In this document: positions 62,825-64,000 of the stretch, in pieces
Layout of the letters: each line of letters opens with the position of its first letter
Numbering within the stretch: the first letter of the stretch is position 1
Source of the DNA: Toensbergia leucococca
Lineage: Eukaryota
Length of the DNA stretch: 64,000 nt
NCBI GenBank assembly: GCA_022813965.1
Contig: JALDZS010000076.1
Span: 1 to 64,000, forward strand
Reading direction: 5' to 3'
The notes under the pieces: generated by a model
What the model saw: the letters and a program-made list of their open reading frames with translations, nothing else
What the model was told of the DNA's origin: nothing
The model's database searches: none
Position numbers and translations under genes: made by a program

Positions 62825-63255
62825 ATGATATATCCACGAGAATCATGAAGTCAAGGTTCCCTGTGCATTACGAGAGCATTGTTCATAGATTACCATTGCA
62901 CGCTCTTGCATAGCGAAGGATTCATATGGCGTTGATTATCATTTTGCATTAGTTTGTGGAGCGTAGACCAAGAACGGTTTGATTTTCTTCCACATTTGGT
63001 CACACTTTTAGCGTCCTGCTCCTTATTACAATTCTTTGACCTTCGAAGGCTCAGAGGATTGTCTGCTGAGTTTCCCAGAGCCGTGTCCTCCCTGACCGCC
63101 CTGCGTCCTGCCTTGCCCATGCAGTTCAACACACGAATCCGGACGTTGCTGAATTCTTGACTCTGCGGTTCAAAGCTTCAAGAACCTTGTACTCTTCGGC
63201 CTACGACGTGTCTAAAGACTGTTGTTGTAGATTTGTGACCATTAATCATCAAATC

Positions 63256-63644
63256 TCAATTTATCAAGCGCCAGATCCCCATGCCCACAAGTGTTATGGC
63301 AATCGTTGAAACGCCGGCTTGTCGAGACGCAAGACCAAACCTAGACCCGCTTCTGATTATTTTGCCTTCTTGCCGTTTCAATTGACTCACGCCGGAGAAA
63401 TAGCTGTAAGCCCCGAGGCCGATGAAAGCAGATGCTCCTGAGAAGACGTGATTAGTTCTTTTTACTAGTGTCGATGATCTCCAAGCCATGAAATCGAGTC
63501 ATTCGAGGGCGTACCTGTGAGCCTGCAGGAAAGGCAGTCGTCTTGCTTGTCTTGCGTGTCTTTTTTCAATACGGTGCTGAGTTTTTCGGGCTTTTGCATC
63601 TGCAACAGAGATGGGCTAGGTTTGTTCTGGGATTCTTGAGCCAT
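63256..63644 (-). CDS. Small two-TM protein with CxxC (DUF4536/DMAC1-like), 2 exons
   Basis: MAQESQ..DDCLSCRLTG | ASAFIGLGAYSY..AITLVGMGIWRLIN*; intron ~63514-63439. Confidence 0.78.
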
Positions 63645-64000
63645 TTGATGAAGCTGTATTTCGTAGGGTAGCTTTAGCAGTATCTGGTCGTGCCCTGGAA
63701 TGCAGCTGTGAAATGCTGGATGTTAGAATTCAGGGTGCAGAATTGCCGGGCGGTGAAAATCCAGATTTCCACTGCTTGAAAGGCGACTTCAAACCAACCA
63801 TCCCACTCAGGATTAATCATGACCCCACGATGATGAGCAGCGCCATTGAGGCGCTTTACATTTTCGATCAACACAAGTATCAATCCCAAGAAGCTCCAAA
63901 CAAAAGTTTTTACTAATAGAAGGCAACAGTGACTCTGTTCTCCAACATACATACCGCTCTCGACCAGCTTCTGCCCGCACTGTTCTCCCACTCTATTCTG

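Overview
Eukaryotic, intron-containing DNA from a filamentous ascomycete (Pezizomycotina; GT..CTRAC..YAG introns; a finer taxon cannot be fixed from the sequence alone). The conserved backbone comprises a PhzF-family protein, a MYST acetyltransferase, DTD1, Not3/5, a C2H2 zinc-finger gene, a mitochondrial PPR protein, proteasome alpha-1, Prp24, a DHA1 MFS transporter, a fatty-aldehyde-type ALDH, an ISWI ATPase, two small conserved proteins and two intron-containing tRNA genes (His-GTG, Ile-AAT). Two accessory blocks (~28.8-34.0 kb and ~44.5-50.8 kb), plus a trace at ~4.7 kb, share shuffled direct and inverted sequence modules. The 44.5-50.8 kb block lies just upstream of tRNA-Ile. It encodes a GIY-YIG nuclease fused to two GATA-like C4 zinc fingers, followed by a small multi-exon basic/proline-rich gene that is present in three copies in the window. 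The 28.8-34 kb block also holds an RRM-gene remnant and a ~105-bp copy of the 3' flank of the 62-kb host gene. That copy was later split by a 307-bp solo LTR whose empty site is visible at 62887. The best candidate for an undescribed system is this nuclease-bearing, multi-gene, apparently mobile unit. All alignments were done by eye; exon boundaries and family calls are not database-verified.
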